64,000 nt of DNA, taken from Ylistrum balloti. Its lineage: Eukaryota. The translations under genes were made by a program, and so were the position numbers. Below, one piece after another: positions 12,505 through 25,108 of the stretch. Numbering within the stretch: the stretch's first letter is position 1; every line of letters starts with the position of its first letter. The notes under the pieces are model-generated. The model was not told the DNA's origin. It ran no database searches and worked only from the letters and a program-made list of their open reading frames with translations. The stretch is from assembly GCF_031769215.1 (NCBI RefSeq), contig NW_026781975.1, positions 496,001-560,000 of the forward strand. The letters run 5' to 3'.

Positions 12505-13844
12505 ATGGAAAATTCTCAGGGATTTATACCAAGATACAGTGATGGAAAATGCACCGATTTTTAGAAACATATCTTGGCTGCGGTCGCTGTTGATTACTGA
12601 ATACGTTTTAAGCAGTTAAGTTCAGAATTGTTGAATACGTAGATATTACCAATCAGTTATAATGTACTATTCATTACTCTGTATTAAGAGAAATGTGACT
12701 TCAACAGATATACATAGGACCTATATCAATTAGTTCTCATGCCTGTCCCAATATTGTATGTTTTAGAACAGTTTTCAGACTACTAGTAATTTCTCAAAGT
12801 CAAGTTCATTTTAAAAAGCAATTGTTAATCACTTTCTATAGCTGTCCCTGAATTTCATATATTTTTTAAATGCCTCTTTAAAGATAATTTGAACAGTAAT
12901 ATAGCGTTGCTGTAGCACATCTTTGTTCTGTACGGTTTTCTGAAAATTATTATTAAACGGATTTGCAATCTTAGTTTACATACAGAGCTTTTAACAAATT
13001 TCATTTAAACATTATTTACACCAAGGTGCTATATATTCAAATTAGAAAAATCATTAGAAACGATTGAACGCCATAGAGCGTCGATCATGATCAATATTAA
13101 TACAGTATCATTGTAATAAATAATCGCTTAATACTAAATACAATAAAACAAATGTTTTTCGTTGGGAATGTCTTTCTGTTGAATACGTAGATAACCTATA
13201 TTCACGAATTTATGCATCCACGAACTGATAAACAGATGCAAGTTGACATGGATGATTTGTTGAGCGAAGTTTATCCGCAAAATCAAGCACCAACGGAAAT
13301 TGCATATATTTGGAAAGCCACAAAAGTTAAGCATTTCTGAAGATAATTTAACAGTAATTAATATCAGGAACTATTTTATCCGTTGTAATTATGTAATTGT
13401 TGTAGTGTTACCAGACAATTCACTTAATTAAAAGTTCTGTTATTGTGGTCATATGTTTGTGATGTTTACATAATATACACTGCAACCACATAGACGACAG
13501 AAACTTTACAAAATTGTGATGGACGAATTACTCAACTCATCACTGAAAAATATCCTGATCAAAGATTACTTAACATGGACGTAGATATGAACCCATTTCA
13601 ACTTCGACACTTAGAATGCCCCAATAGATCTGGTGAATCCAATGCTAATTTGACAGAGAAATAATCAACAAACTTGTTATGCAACAATCATCTACAACTG
13701 ATAATGATATTTTTCGCATATCAAGCATTATTTTAATTGTATGATATGGCAATACGATGACGTTCGTTAATAAATGTTCTTATTGGTAAGGAAATTATAA
13801 AAATACACTTTGACCTTTGTCATGCGATATAGTTATAAATAAAG

Positions 13845-16800
13845 TCATACTATGAACATATTTGATTCATGGCCATATATCAAATGTTTTCTTTTTATGA
13901 ATATGCTGTTTAAATATGGTATTGCGTTTATCGACAAAACTATGGGAATAAACAAATTGCAACCGAATACAAAAATTTCCGTTATTTGAGAATCATAGAT
14001 AGAGTAGTAAATATATAACGCAGGTCTCAATATTACCATAATTAATGCATAAAACATAAAACAGTCACTTAGAAGTCCATTGGCACCGCAACAAACGTCA
14101 CAGTGAGTACCATCTTCTGTCAAACAGTTCTTGAATATAGCACATTGCTGCCCTGAAAATAGATAACATCATTTGATTAGCTTCTTAAAAATGATGACAA
14201 TCTAGAAACTAAAATGGGTGTTATCATAGATGACTCGTAAGTCAATATGGCCACTTAGTGACGTCACGTTATTACCTTGTGATCAAGAATATGTCAAGTT
14301 AATGCACTTCATGGAAAGCTATCTTGATTAATCTTGATTAAAAATGAGTTAATGGGAGACAGTAATGCAAAATTTTAATATGTCTATTTAGAAAATATAC
14401 ACAATTATCTAGTTATATATATAAGGTAGTTTTCGTAAAGCATAATAAATAAACTACTTGTTGTAAATTTATTGATATATTATATGTAAATTTACAACCA
14501 ATTCTGTACATCAAATAAACATACAAGTAGATACATAAACAAGATAACTACCTATATACATTGTTTAACACCTTGAGGCCATCTTTAGGCAATAGCATTA
14601 CTGTCGTCATAACAACATTAGTAGGAGGCCGTGACTATTAACAGGACGAGGTTGATAATGATGATATCGGTACGGCTTAATTAAGTTCCATTTAAACGTT
14701 CCACATCAATTCCCGTTTTAGTATATTTCAAGAAATATTATCTGGTAAATAAGTTAAAGAGCCAGACCCACTCCGTTATAGATATTTTTTCATATTTTAT
14801 TGACTGGAAATGTTGTTGTATACTAATAGATAATATATAAATAAAGACTTGTATAAAGTTTTGAACTTGAAATTGAAAAGGTACCGGAGATATCGGTGCC
14901 GGAATTAGTCTCATTTATCAACACCAGGATATGAATATCGATGAGGAAAAGCCACGTGATACGCTCAGACGCGTTCAGAACCAAAACCAAAATGGAGGAG
15001 GAGGGGAGTAGTACGTCGATGTGACATCGCTTGTAAAGAGATTTTACCGATAAATGCAATCAATTCTCTATATATGTATGGGAATCATCTGACGTATGTA
15101 TTGATAACATCTTTCAATGTTTAGATATGACACAAAAACGTGCAGATTACGAGAAAAACTAAGATTCATTGCAAAGAGGCCCTCAAATGGGGGCTACGAT
15201 ACGGTAACGAACATATAGATCATCGCGCAATGGATCTATCTGAATATATTCGATGATAAGAGTATTTATGAATATGATTTAGAGTGATACTACACGAGAG
15301 AGCCAAACAGAGAGAGATACTGAGTATGAACCAGCCATCTTCCTTCTTTTCGCCTCAGACTTCGTCAAAACATGTTTTGTTCCCCGCTTCCCTCGGACGC
15401 GTTCTGCCATGTTGGAAGACGGCATATTTATTTACAGTTCTTTGCACATGCGTCAGAAGTCAGGACTTCCCGCATAATCATGAATTAGCACTGAGTCGCT
15501 TCGAATTATTTTTTAAAACTATTTATTACGTTAGATAGGTAGCGATTTACTTCAAAATTGCGGTATTGCAGGGTTAGTCAGAACTTTTGCTATCCGAGAA
15601 AAGTAGAAAATCATGATTTTTTTTCATATAAAATAATATCGGTCGAGGAGTAGGTCTGGCTCTTTCACTAAAGTGTACATATTTTTTTTTTAATATTATG
15701 AAGTCGGATATCCTAACAGTAATTGTTATTAAGTCGTTATGCCAGAACAGTTAATTGTTATACTTTTGCGATACGTATAGAAGGTGATACTCTACATATA
15801 CAAACAAATTCACTTTAAAAACATATATCCTCAACTGGTTTCTGCATATACTAAGAAACAAAATAAAACATTCTGAGTCATGGCGAATTTTTCACTACTT
15901 TTGCTTTTTTGTTTTATTTTGGGAAAAAATTATTTAAACATCGGCCTGACATGATATTATTGTAATAGGATACCTTCAAGAAATCAGCGTGTGGATATCC
16001 GAGTAAAATAAGGATGATATTTCTTATTATCGTATGTATAACTGTGAACTGAGGCACTCTACGTACAACGGCAAAAAGCTCCCTTGATTTTTAATAGTGT
16101 TTATTGTCTGTAATATTTAATTCCATTAATGAAAATACAATTAAGTGAGTAGATATCACTGTGTTTATATATACATTTACTTGATCATTCCCTGTTTATT
16201 CTGTTGAAAGACTTCAACATTGAGTACTTTATTAACGTATTCATACATAGAGAGTTCAATTTTCTATAAGAGAAACCTGGACGGCGAATGCTTCATTAAT
16301 GTGTATGAATGATATCATTGATACATGTATACTGAGTGCTATAAAGCCTTAACTGATTTACAAGCTGGCAATATACTCACATTTTCCATCGGTTAGTGAT
16401 AATATACATAACGCTGGTACGTATATACCCAATGTTTCCATCAGAACAGGAATAGTCTGTTCCCGCGCCGCTTGTAAACAGGTCGGCAGAGTGACATGAT
16501 GGAGAGATTCAATGATAGTAGTGAATGATATATCACGGTTTGGTGGCCAATAAACCCAGCCCATGATACAGGTAACAATACAGAAGTATACAATACCTCC
16601 ACAATACAGCATTTTTCGTTTGTCTGTGAATGAATTGTTTAATGGTGTCTGTCCCATTAAAACAACAAAATGTACTACTGATAGAACGAGGGATAACATA
16701 CGAAAATCCCCACAATACTCGATATATTCAGCATTGTCTTGGCCTTCTTCATGTTGTTGAATGGAATTGCGTGGCACACAATTGTATATATGCCTTTCGT

Positions 16801-17041
16801 GAAAAGTATTTCTCCATCCGTCTGTACTATTGAATAGAGCAATAATCAAAACACTTTGCACAGATAGCCCTACTGCGGATATCAATAAAATTGTAAATAA
16901 ATTCTGACATCTTGACCGAAAAGCTATCATTCCAAATGTGATCTGTATCACAAACAAGACTACAATCGTGACAATAACGGCTGAAGCCTGTAACAAAAAC
17001 CCTACACCTGTAGGATCCATCATGGCGGCCGCCATATTCAT
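13845..17041 (-). CDS. Candidate two-exon seven-transmembrane (GPCR-like) protein of ~322 aa; exons 17041-16381 and 14152-13845
   Basis: A 242-codon non-repetitive open frame holds five hydrophobic segments and ends at a strong donor (AAAT|GTGAGT, phase 1). An acceptor TTTTCAG|GG at 14152 is phase-compatible and opens a 102-codon frame with two further hydrophobic segments. Canonical DRY and NPxxY motifs are absent. Confidence 0.45.
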
Positions 17042-18749
17042 GTCAGACTGTACATGAACGTAGATATTCGAAAGATCAACTACCAATAATTAGAAATCCA
17101 TTGTTTTGTGGACACGCATCAACAACCACTATCACTGTAGGCTACGGAAACACAGGTGTGTACACTATACATTGATGCTACGTATATATACATACAATGC
17201 TCTTGTTATATTACAGTTCATATACCCCATAAACCTAATCGTACATACTTTTATATCCTGGAGAAGTGAACTGTAACATATTGACATCCTTATCTGTTAG
17301 GGGAGCTACCTCTATCAACAGGCCTATACATATACAAACACACAAACCTGATCTGTCAACATTTCGCTTGTCGCTACATTAGAGATATCTCCTATATCAC
17401 GTGGTTTCGTACATAGGTCACTTACACCACGATATAAACCGGTAAGCACATGTTTAGCTCCATCGCCATATTATTTTTAAATATCGCTGTCTGCTTCGCG
17501 TGCCTTCATTCTACTGAATTATAACCTTGATATCGCTACGATTGCACAAGCTAGTGTTGTATTAACTTAATCCTGATGGATCATCCTATTCAAGCGTAAT
17601 GCACTGTAAATGTGAAGCTGTACTATGGTGGATTCAATGCCTTTAGCTACAGTTGTTCTATGTTTCAAATTTCTTTATTTCACTCCAGAGCATATGTGTG
17701 CTACTGATCGATATCATCTATAATACCGGGAGTTCTAATACTAGTACATGGAAAATACACTTGTAGCAACAGTGTAACTATCTAATTACGACCGTCTAGA
17801 CTATGTGCAGGTACAAACAGTTCTGTTATGTGTTTATACTTGAATACTTGAAGTACTGAAGCATGTGTTATTCATGCAGCGTATTATTTTACGTGGATTT
17901 GACATGGGAAGAAGTTTCGGTGTCAGCTCGGGTGATGTGTTACAAAGTTCACGGCTGACACCTGAACCTTGATAAACAGTACACGCGTACACTGTTTGTG
18001 TGACGGATGTATCGAGAACATATATTACAAACAACACTACTGTTAGCTCACTTAATGGTACCCCGAACTATTCTAAGGCATAGCCATACTAGGAAAAGGA
18101 AGAAAATAATAAACAATTTTATAAAAGTATGTAAATTAGCCAACAATACATCCTTAATTAGCGCGTACAGTGTCATCTATACATAGATATGACCGATCTG
18201 TCATCCCTAGATTTGCAGTAAACGCATGTCGTTAGTGCAAAGAACATTATGTGAATGTATAGATACATTGTATGTACTATGGGTGTTTATCATCTCCCAC
18301 ATTTCTATGTAAGCATGTAGTTGTTTGGTTCATCAGTCTTTGCTAGTTCTGCCTATCTGACATTTTCTGTAAGATTTATATTCTTGGTGGTTGTCGGTGT
18401 TGTGTGTCAATATATTTACCTGTATATGAGATGTCATCGGTGAAATATATCAAAAAATACCAATGTTTGGAAATTTATTTATGCATTCAATATTTTTTTT
18501 AACTTTCTACTCGTTTGATTGATTAATGTACAGTCGTGAGTGAAGTCATAAAAGTTTGAAATAGTTACATGCTGTCAGCAAACAGTAAATGCAGTCGATA
18601 TTACCAAATAACAAAATGTATTGTAACATCTGGACTGGTTGCTCTTTATCAAGAAATAGTGGTTAAATTAAAAAATCATATAAAGATCAATAACATCAAT
18701 AACTGAAACTTTGATGCAGATCACGTGACAATCGTCTAATATCTACGTT

Positions 18750-18900
18750 TACCGTTGAACCCACTGAATTTGAACTCGGTTATATTGAAAACCGGTCAGT
18801 TTGAAATGAAAATAATCCCCGTCAAAATGTCATAGTATTTTTCACCTTGTTTAACTTGAAATCGGTTGATTTGAAATCCTGCATTATTTGAAAGGTAAAT
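18750..18900. mobile_element. Possible MITE remnant with a Tc1/pogo-like terminus
   Basis: ACCGTTGAACCCACTGAATTTGAACTCGGTTATATTGAA resembles CAGTxGAACC-type TIRs with iterated TTGAA motifs. A partner TIR was not clearly found. Confidence 0.3.
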
Positions 18901-19301
18901 AAATTTGAAGGCCACCCTGGCGCCCGTGAATACTGTCGTCACACTTTGATGCGTCTGTCTCTCTGGTACAATGTTCAGGTAAAAATATAACACGAATGCC
19001 ATAAATTATGATTATTAATCAATAAGGTGTTTGTTATTTAAATAAATGTTCTGGTGAGTTTAACTTTGTGTGTAAAAGAGAGCGACAGGTGTTTTACAAA
19101 GGCTCTATCCAGCAAGACGTGTAAACAACTCACAATTGATGGAAAATATGAACTTAGTCAAGCTGTAGATAGACTACTAAGCTGTTTATAATGAAATTGT
19201 AAAAGAACGTATACATATGCCATGTTTCATTATTAACGTGTGATAGGCCTGGGTTCTAGAAAAAGCTAAAAATTATCATTTTGTTTTTTTCTTTAGAAAC
19301 C

Positions 19302-22300
19302 ATGGATAATAACAACGGAGCTACTAAACCGGAAGTGTTGATGCAGGAAAAGGGGGAAATCATCAAACCTGTGATACCTGAAGGAGCTGTGGAGGATCTT
19401 GTACGTAAAGTATATGGCCTAGATGTAAAGAGCTGTAAAGAATTGAATAGCTATGACGACAGGAACTACCACGTTACAGTACATGACAGTTCTAATAATA
19501 CTCACATACCGGAAGTGTGGAAAGATGGCTATATTTTGAAGATATTAAACAGCATGGATTCCAAACGTCCTGTCATCGTTGGTAAGTTTATGAAAACAAA
19601 AGATACACGAGGCAGAGTTTTGAACTTCAGTAATTAAAAGCATGGTGATATAATATTGACTTAAATGCACAGCTCTGCAAAAGAGACTGATTAGCAGAAA
19701 TATAATGTAAAGAAGAACCTTACTGATGACAATTATGTTAATGTTAAATTATGTAAAGAATTCTACATCGATTTCCCAAGGATCTATTAGACCTGCAGAT
19801 TTTACCAAGCATTCATGTTTGATTTACAGAAGCACAGAACAGTCTGTTGAGTCATCTCCGCAAACAAAACATGTCAGTGCCAGAAAACGTCCTCACCTTG
19901 TCGGGCGAGTCGATGTCTCTACAAAAGGTTTTTGTGGAGAAAGAAGTAAAAGGTATTATAGTGACATTTGTGATCGTCTACTAAAACTTACAAATGTAAT
20001 AAGATGGTCTCGTATAGCAGGAGGAAATTGATAATCTGTGATTTCAAACATGCAAAAGTACACCACCCGTTGTTGTTTACTTTGTACACATTTGGGAACG
20101 CTGAATGTATTACTTGTGTAACCATGATAAATACTACACGCAAGATACCTCTCGATTTGAAAGAACTTCTGTCTAGTAAGCCAGGGGCCCCGGGTTCGAA
20201 TCTTAGCAGCTCTGATTAAATACTAGCCGCAATATGCCGCGGGATAGAACTTCTATCTAGTAAGCTCGATCGATTGAACGTCAGACAAGTAAGCCAGGGG
20301 TCCTGAGTCCCGAATCTTAGCAGAGGCATTGCCATAGATAATGACGTGTGTTACGCTTGGATTAACCCGACTTTCAATCGCGCGTGTGGTCGATGAAGCA
20401 GACGATACGTACCATTCCGAAACACTGGTCTTATTCTCCTTTTAGGTTCCAGTGGTTTCCGTCTAGTTTCCCTCTTTTCATAGGTTTTTACCTTAAATTA
20501 AAATTCTGTGTACACGTGGGTAATTTCGATGTTGTTTCTATATCCTTAATTATCTATCGTTTGATAAGATATAACTTAATAAACTATAAATAATAATCTT
20601 TATAATACATGTATATGAATTTAACAAATAATCTGCTACTTATTCCGTAAATAATATTGCATAACATATCCTAGTCTGTGAATTACTTACCGATAAGCAA
20701 TGCTTCTTAAATCATATTTGCTAATGTCATTGTTACATGAACTGTTAGATGTAGCCAGTTTTTATTCCAGTCATTTCTTCCTGACGATATCTTACTGGTT
20801 GGCCATCAGCGTGTGCATCATCATCTCGAATATTTTTCAGAACCAGACAGTGCCTTGTATGGTACCTATATTGTGCGCATGCTCAAATACATCCCCGGAG
20901 ACATCCTGTTCAGCAAACCATGTACGCCTGGTTTGTTATACAATGTCGGCAGATTCATTGGTAAATTTTCGAACGCAACGAAGGTAAGTACCGGATCTGC
21001 AAAAAGTATTTCACATCTGTATTTAAATAAGAATGCTTCAGAATATTTTTGTCGCTTTTCATTATATCTACAAAACAGTAAGAGATTGCTGTTGTACAGG
21101 GTACGATGAATACAAGAGTGGTACACTCATTAAATGTCTCTGGGATAGTCACTTTCATATACACGGATATATTATACATATTGAATGTTGCTTAAATTAA
21201 GCTTGCGATGAAAGTTTAAATAAGTCGGAGACGTGAATCGGACTCAGGCGCGCACCTTATGCATGACATTATATAATGGCATCAGTTAAAAATATGACAA
21301 GATTGCATTTTGTTGTTAGATATTGACGTTCTATTCCAGGGTTTTCATCATCCGTTTTATGATACACATTCCCTTGTTTGGAGTCTGCTAGAGTTTTCAA
21401 AGCTGAAAGAATTTGTATTTGTGGTGAAAGACGAAAATGACAAACGTGTGGTTGATGAGGTCATATCTGCGTTTGAATCCAATGTTCTACCAGTGCTTGG
21501 TAAACTCCAAAAAGGTTTGTTGGTACTGATGTGTAGACAACTTCTAATTAATTACATAATGTTGGTCCTCAGCATCATTGACGAGCCCTAGAAGGACGAG
21601 ACATATCTATGATGCAGTTTAAATCATTGCTTGGTTCTACTATTTCTAACTCTAATTTGCATTGAAAGATGCTATACACTTGTGCGTCTTTAGTACAACC
21701 TGGTAAGGTCATTTTGTGTAGATCATCCTGAATGTGAAAAACATTGCGGATTGATGATAACATTTTGAAACATATGTTACAACAAATATTAAGTTTGACA
21801 TTTATGTAGTTTGTTGTATTTGGTTTTCAATAAAGGTACCCGGTTGCTAGACTAGCGGTGAACAATTGTTAGTGAAAGTTCAACATATTATTCAACCTTT
21901 CTAGATATGTTGAGACGGAAAGGATTGATTTCGAAACATGTAATTTTGTCTGAAAACGTTTGAATTGTCCACTTACAACTTGTTATTGTTATCTAATTAT
22001 GTTTTCTATTTTCGGTGGCTTTTGATTGAAAAATTAACGCAAGTCATTTTTTTCATTTCAGGTGTGATACATGGTGATCTTAACGAGCAGAACATTCTCG
22101 TCATAGAGGAGCCCGGGCAGGATGACGTCACAACGGAAGAGCGTGTTTATGACGTCAGTGGATTACTGGATTTTATGGATGTGACCGATTCATACTGTAT
22201 ATTTGATATTGCTATCAACATCGCGTACATGTCAATAATTTGTGATCCCTCAGAGCAGCTCGACGCTGGCGGCCACATATTAGCTGGTCTGGTACCCGTC

Positions 22301-22531
22301 TTTCCTTTAAATGACGTCGAGTTGGATGTGTTACAGATATCGGTGTGTGCTCGGTTGTGTCAGTCTCTGGTGATGGGAGCTTACTCTAATTATCAGGACC
22401 CGTCTAATCTGTACGTGCTCACTACCGCTGAGAAAGGTTGGCCGCTCATACACAAACTATGGAATACACCCAAACATGTGCTGAAGGATAGGTGGCAGCA
22501 TCTGATTAACCGATATCGGGACACTGTTTGA
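19302..22531 (+). CDS. HYKK: Hydroxylysine kinase-like (APH/choline-kinase fold), copy 1, 396 aa; exons 19302-19581, 19830-19952, 20841-20983, 21340-21514, 22062-22531
   Basis: Phases are consistent and the total of 1191 nt has no internal stop. Motifs include ELNSYDDRNYHV, YILKILNSMDS, GVIHGDLNEQNIL, GLLDFMD, RLCQSLVMGAY and GWPLIHKLW. Confidence 0.9.
20150..20520 (+). mobile_element. Tandem tRNA-derived (Thr-AGT-like) SINE heads followed by a tail related to the Penelope-like direct repeats
   Basis: CTAGTAAGCCAGGGGCCCCGGGTTCGAATC (B box GGTTCGAATC) occurs at about 20171-20200 and recurs at about 20286-20327. The segment at about 20343-20440 aligns by eye to 10329-10430. Confidence 0.6.
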
Positions 22532-25108
22532 TTATTTTACGGGCTTTTCGTTGCAAATCTGTCATTTTGTGCTAGGTTTATTAAATTTGAGTTTTGATTA
22601 TGATCATGTTCTCATGTAAGTGTTTTCTTGTTTTTATTTACACAGTAATATACCCAGATAACAGAAATATGGTTGGATTTTGTAGAACTAAACACAACGA
22701 AACAGATGGAGATAAACATCGAATTTTTTCCAAGCAAAAAAATACTGTCTTTAAAGCAAACATGATTTGAAATACAGTAGACTTAAATCCACAGTCTGTT
22801 CTCTGCCCAACTTTTATCTAGTAGACATTGAAATTATTTGATACGAGAACTATATAGCATATAGTATATATAGTATGCTGAAGTCGTCATACTAATAGTA
22901 TTAAGGAGGAGAATGAAACTATAATTGAATTTCTGGGATTTTTTTCTGATTCAGTGTCATCAGTAACAAAAATATAAACTAAATAAAAGCACCCGACGCC
23001 GATAGACACAATGTCTTTATGTCTTTAGATGGTTTTAACTTACACCGAATTCACTCCTAAAACCCCATAAAACCTAATTTGGTCATATTTTATACGCATC
23101 ATAGCATTCAAAATGCGAACCTCTTCAAATATACATGGCTGTTGCCTTACCTTTTATGGTTTATGTATGCGGTTATTGCCATGTACGACAGATAAGATTC
23201 AAATTCACAACACGTTCCTCCTTTTCTATCAACGACTTCGCTTTACTTGAAGACACATTATCTACGCGGCATATGACTTCTGAATACGGATGGTTAAAGC
23301 ATGAAAGGTTATGAATCACCAAAGCCACCATCAGGTATTTGCAGTTAATGATAATTCTATCTTCCTAGCCTGAATATATTGACTTTCTCGGAAGTCAAAG
23401 GCGTTTGAATAAGTTGGACAGTTCTGAAAGTCATCCGGTATATTTCATCTTCTCGTACTGACAAAAGCTCCATGGTGATATGTTCGTTTACTATATACCT
23501 GCTACCTTAAATGAAAGTTTTGATAACCGGGCAAACGACACAACAGCGTATACTTACATACATAGACACGGTGTGTGCACTTCGTACCTTCGTAGAGGAG
23601 ACTGGTGACTTGGTTTGTATTTTGTAAACTTAATCATTACAAGTATCAAAGTATAAAACATAATCTAGATTTTCTTGAACGGAAAGAAAGTCTAATTGAT
23701 AAGTGACTATGGTATGTAGAAACTACGTGTAATATTGAAACATTTCCTGAACTTGTCGTAAACAAAATTCCAGATGTGCTTCATAAACAGACACCGCGTT
23801 AACACATTCCAGTTCAACAGATGATGTACAGAGTGAAGGATTTTCGTTTTTATCTACAATGTACAGATATTGCAAAGATTAGTTTAGATAAAAATCTTTA
23901 TTTCATACCTTTCTACTTTCTGCATAGCAGCCGTTTAGCTGAACATTTTTACCGTACATGGGTAAGTAAGAATGCTACATCTTGTCAGGCGTGACACGGT
24001 ATGCACATTCTCCAGATTTTTCCGCATGCATATACTAATCTTTTGGGAATGAACGCCATAGAATGACACAAGACACTTCTAAATCAGCCTCTAATCCCGG
24101 TCATTACCTATAGAGACATCTTTCCACTAAGCTGTATGATGAGCATGATGATTTTAATTATTGTGAATGTTCTATTGCTGAATTTTAATATCTCTACATC
24201 CCTAACCTATGGTGTTTACATGTCGCAGTGGATTCGATATTAAATGACTTGATCCCATTACGATTTTTATGCAAGTTGAACTTCTTTGATTCTCGTTAGT
24301 ATACTATAAGTTTTTCTGTTGCCGTTTACCTTGTTATCATTTGCATGGCGGATGTCATCTACGAGTCAGATGATGTTTACCCGTCTGGAACATTCTCCTT
24401 GTACATTTTAAAATAGCTCCGAGTAAAATATTCCTTTTACTTATATTTTGCCTTAATTTCAATTAATTCAAGTTTGAATTAGGATTATGTTAAATCTCTG
24501 TATTTTATTTGCTTGTATCTTTATATCCTAAATCTTAAAGATAGGCCTGTTTTGTAAATAAGCAAAACTCAAAAATAAGCAAAGGGTTCTTTTCAGGAAA
24601 TCATCACTCGAAATTAAGACCAGTGTTACAAATAGGCTGGTAATACCTTGCAGTGGAAAGTATGAACTCAAATTTTTAAATAATATCATGTTAGTGCTTG
24701 TATGATACATTTTAATTTTAGTAAAAGGCACATTGAAAATAAAACGTACACGAAATCAATAAGGAATATCTATGCATTATGCCGAAGGAAAAGCGTTCAT
24801 TGATAACAACAATTCACATAATTAATGCGTTTCTAAGTTGAAGCTGATAATCTTGACTGACCTTGAGATATTATCATATTTGTCTATTTTGATGTTTGAT
24901 AACTGACAATAAAACATATCTTATTTTTTCAGTTACAGCTGATATGTACTTAAGTAGAATTGGAAAGTCATGCATATACAATTTCTGTCGAGTCGTATTT
25001 GTGAATTTCTGTTTAGTCTGTCTGAAGTTAGGCCCAACTTGTATGCCACATCATGACAGATAAGCGGTTATTTTAAATTCTATCCCAGGGCAAATTATTT
25101 CAGAAATA

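Noticed and set aside
13140-13665. Protein-like broken frames downstream of SLC23
   Set aside because: They are frameshifted, have no motif I recognise, and lack consistent splice sites.
17087-18100. Decayed Venus-flytrap or Cys-rich ectodomain upstream of the 7TM ORF
   Set aside because: There are only vague fragments (YGDGAKHVL, scattered Cys) with many stops, and the spacing does not fit a class C receptor.
22980-24450. Possible decayed retroelement between the HYKK copies
   Set aside because: Only a weak YSNAFD resemblance to an RT motif was found, which is not supportable.
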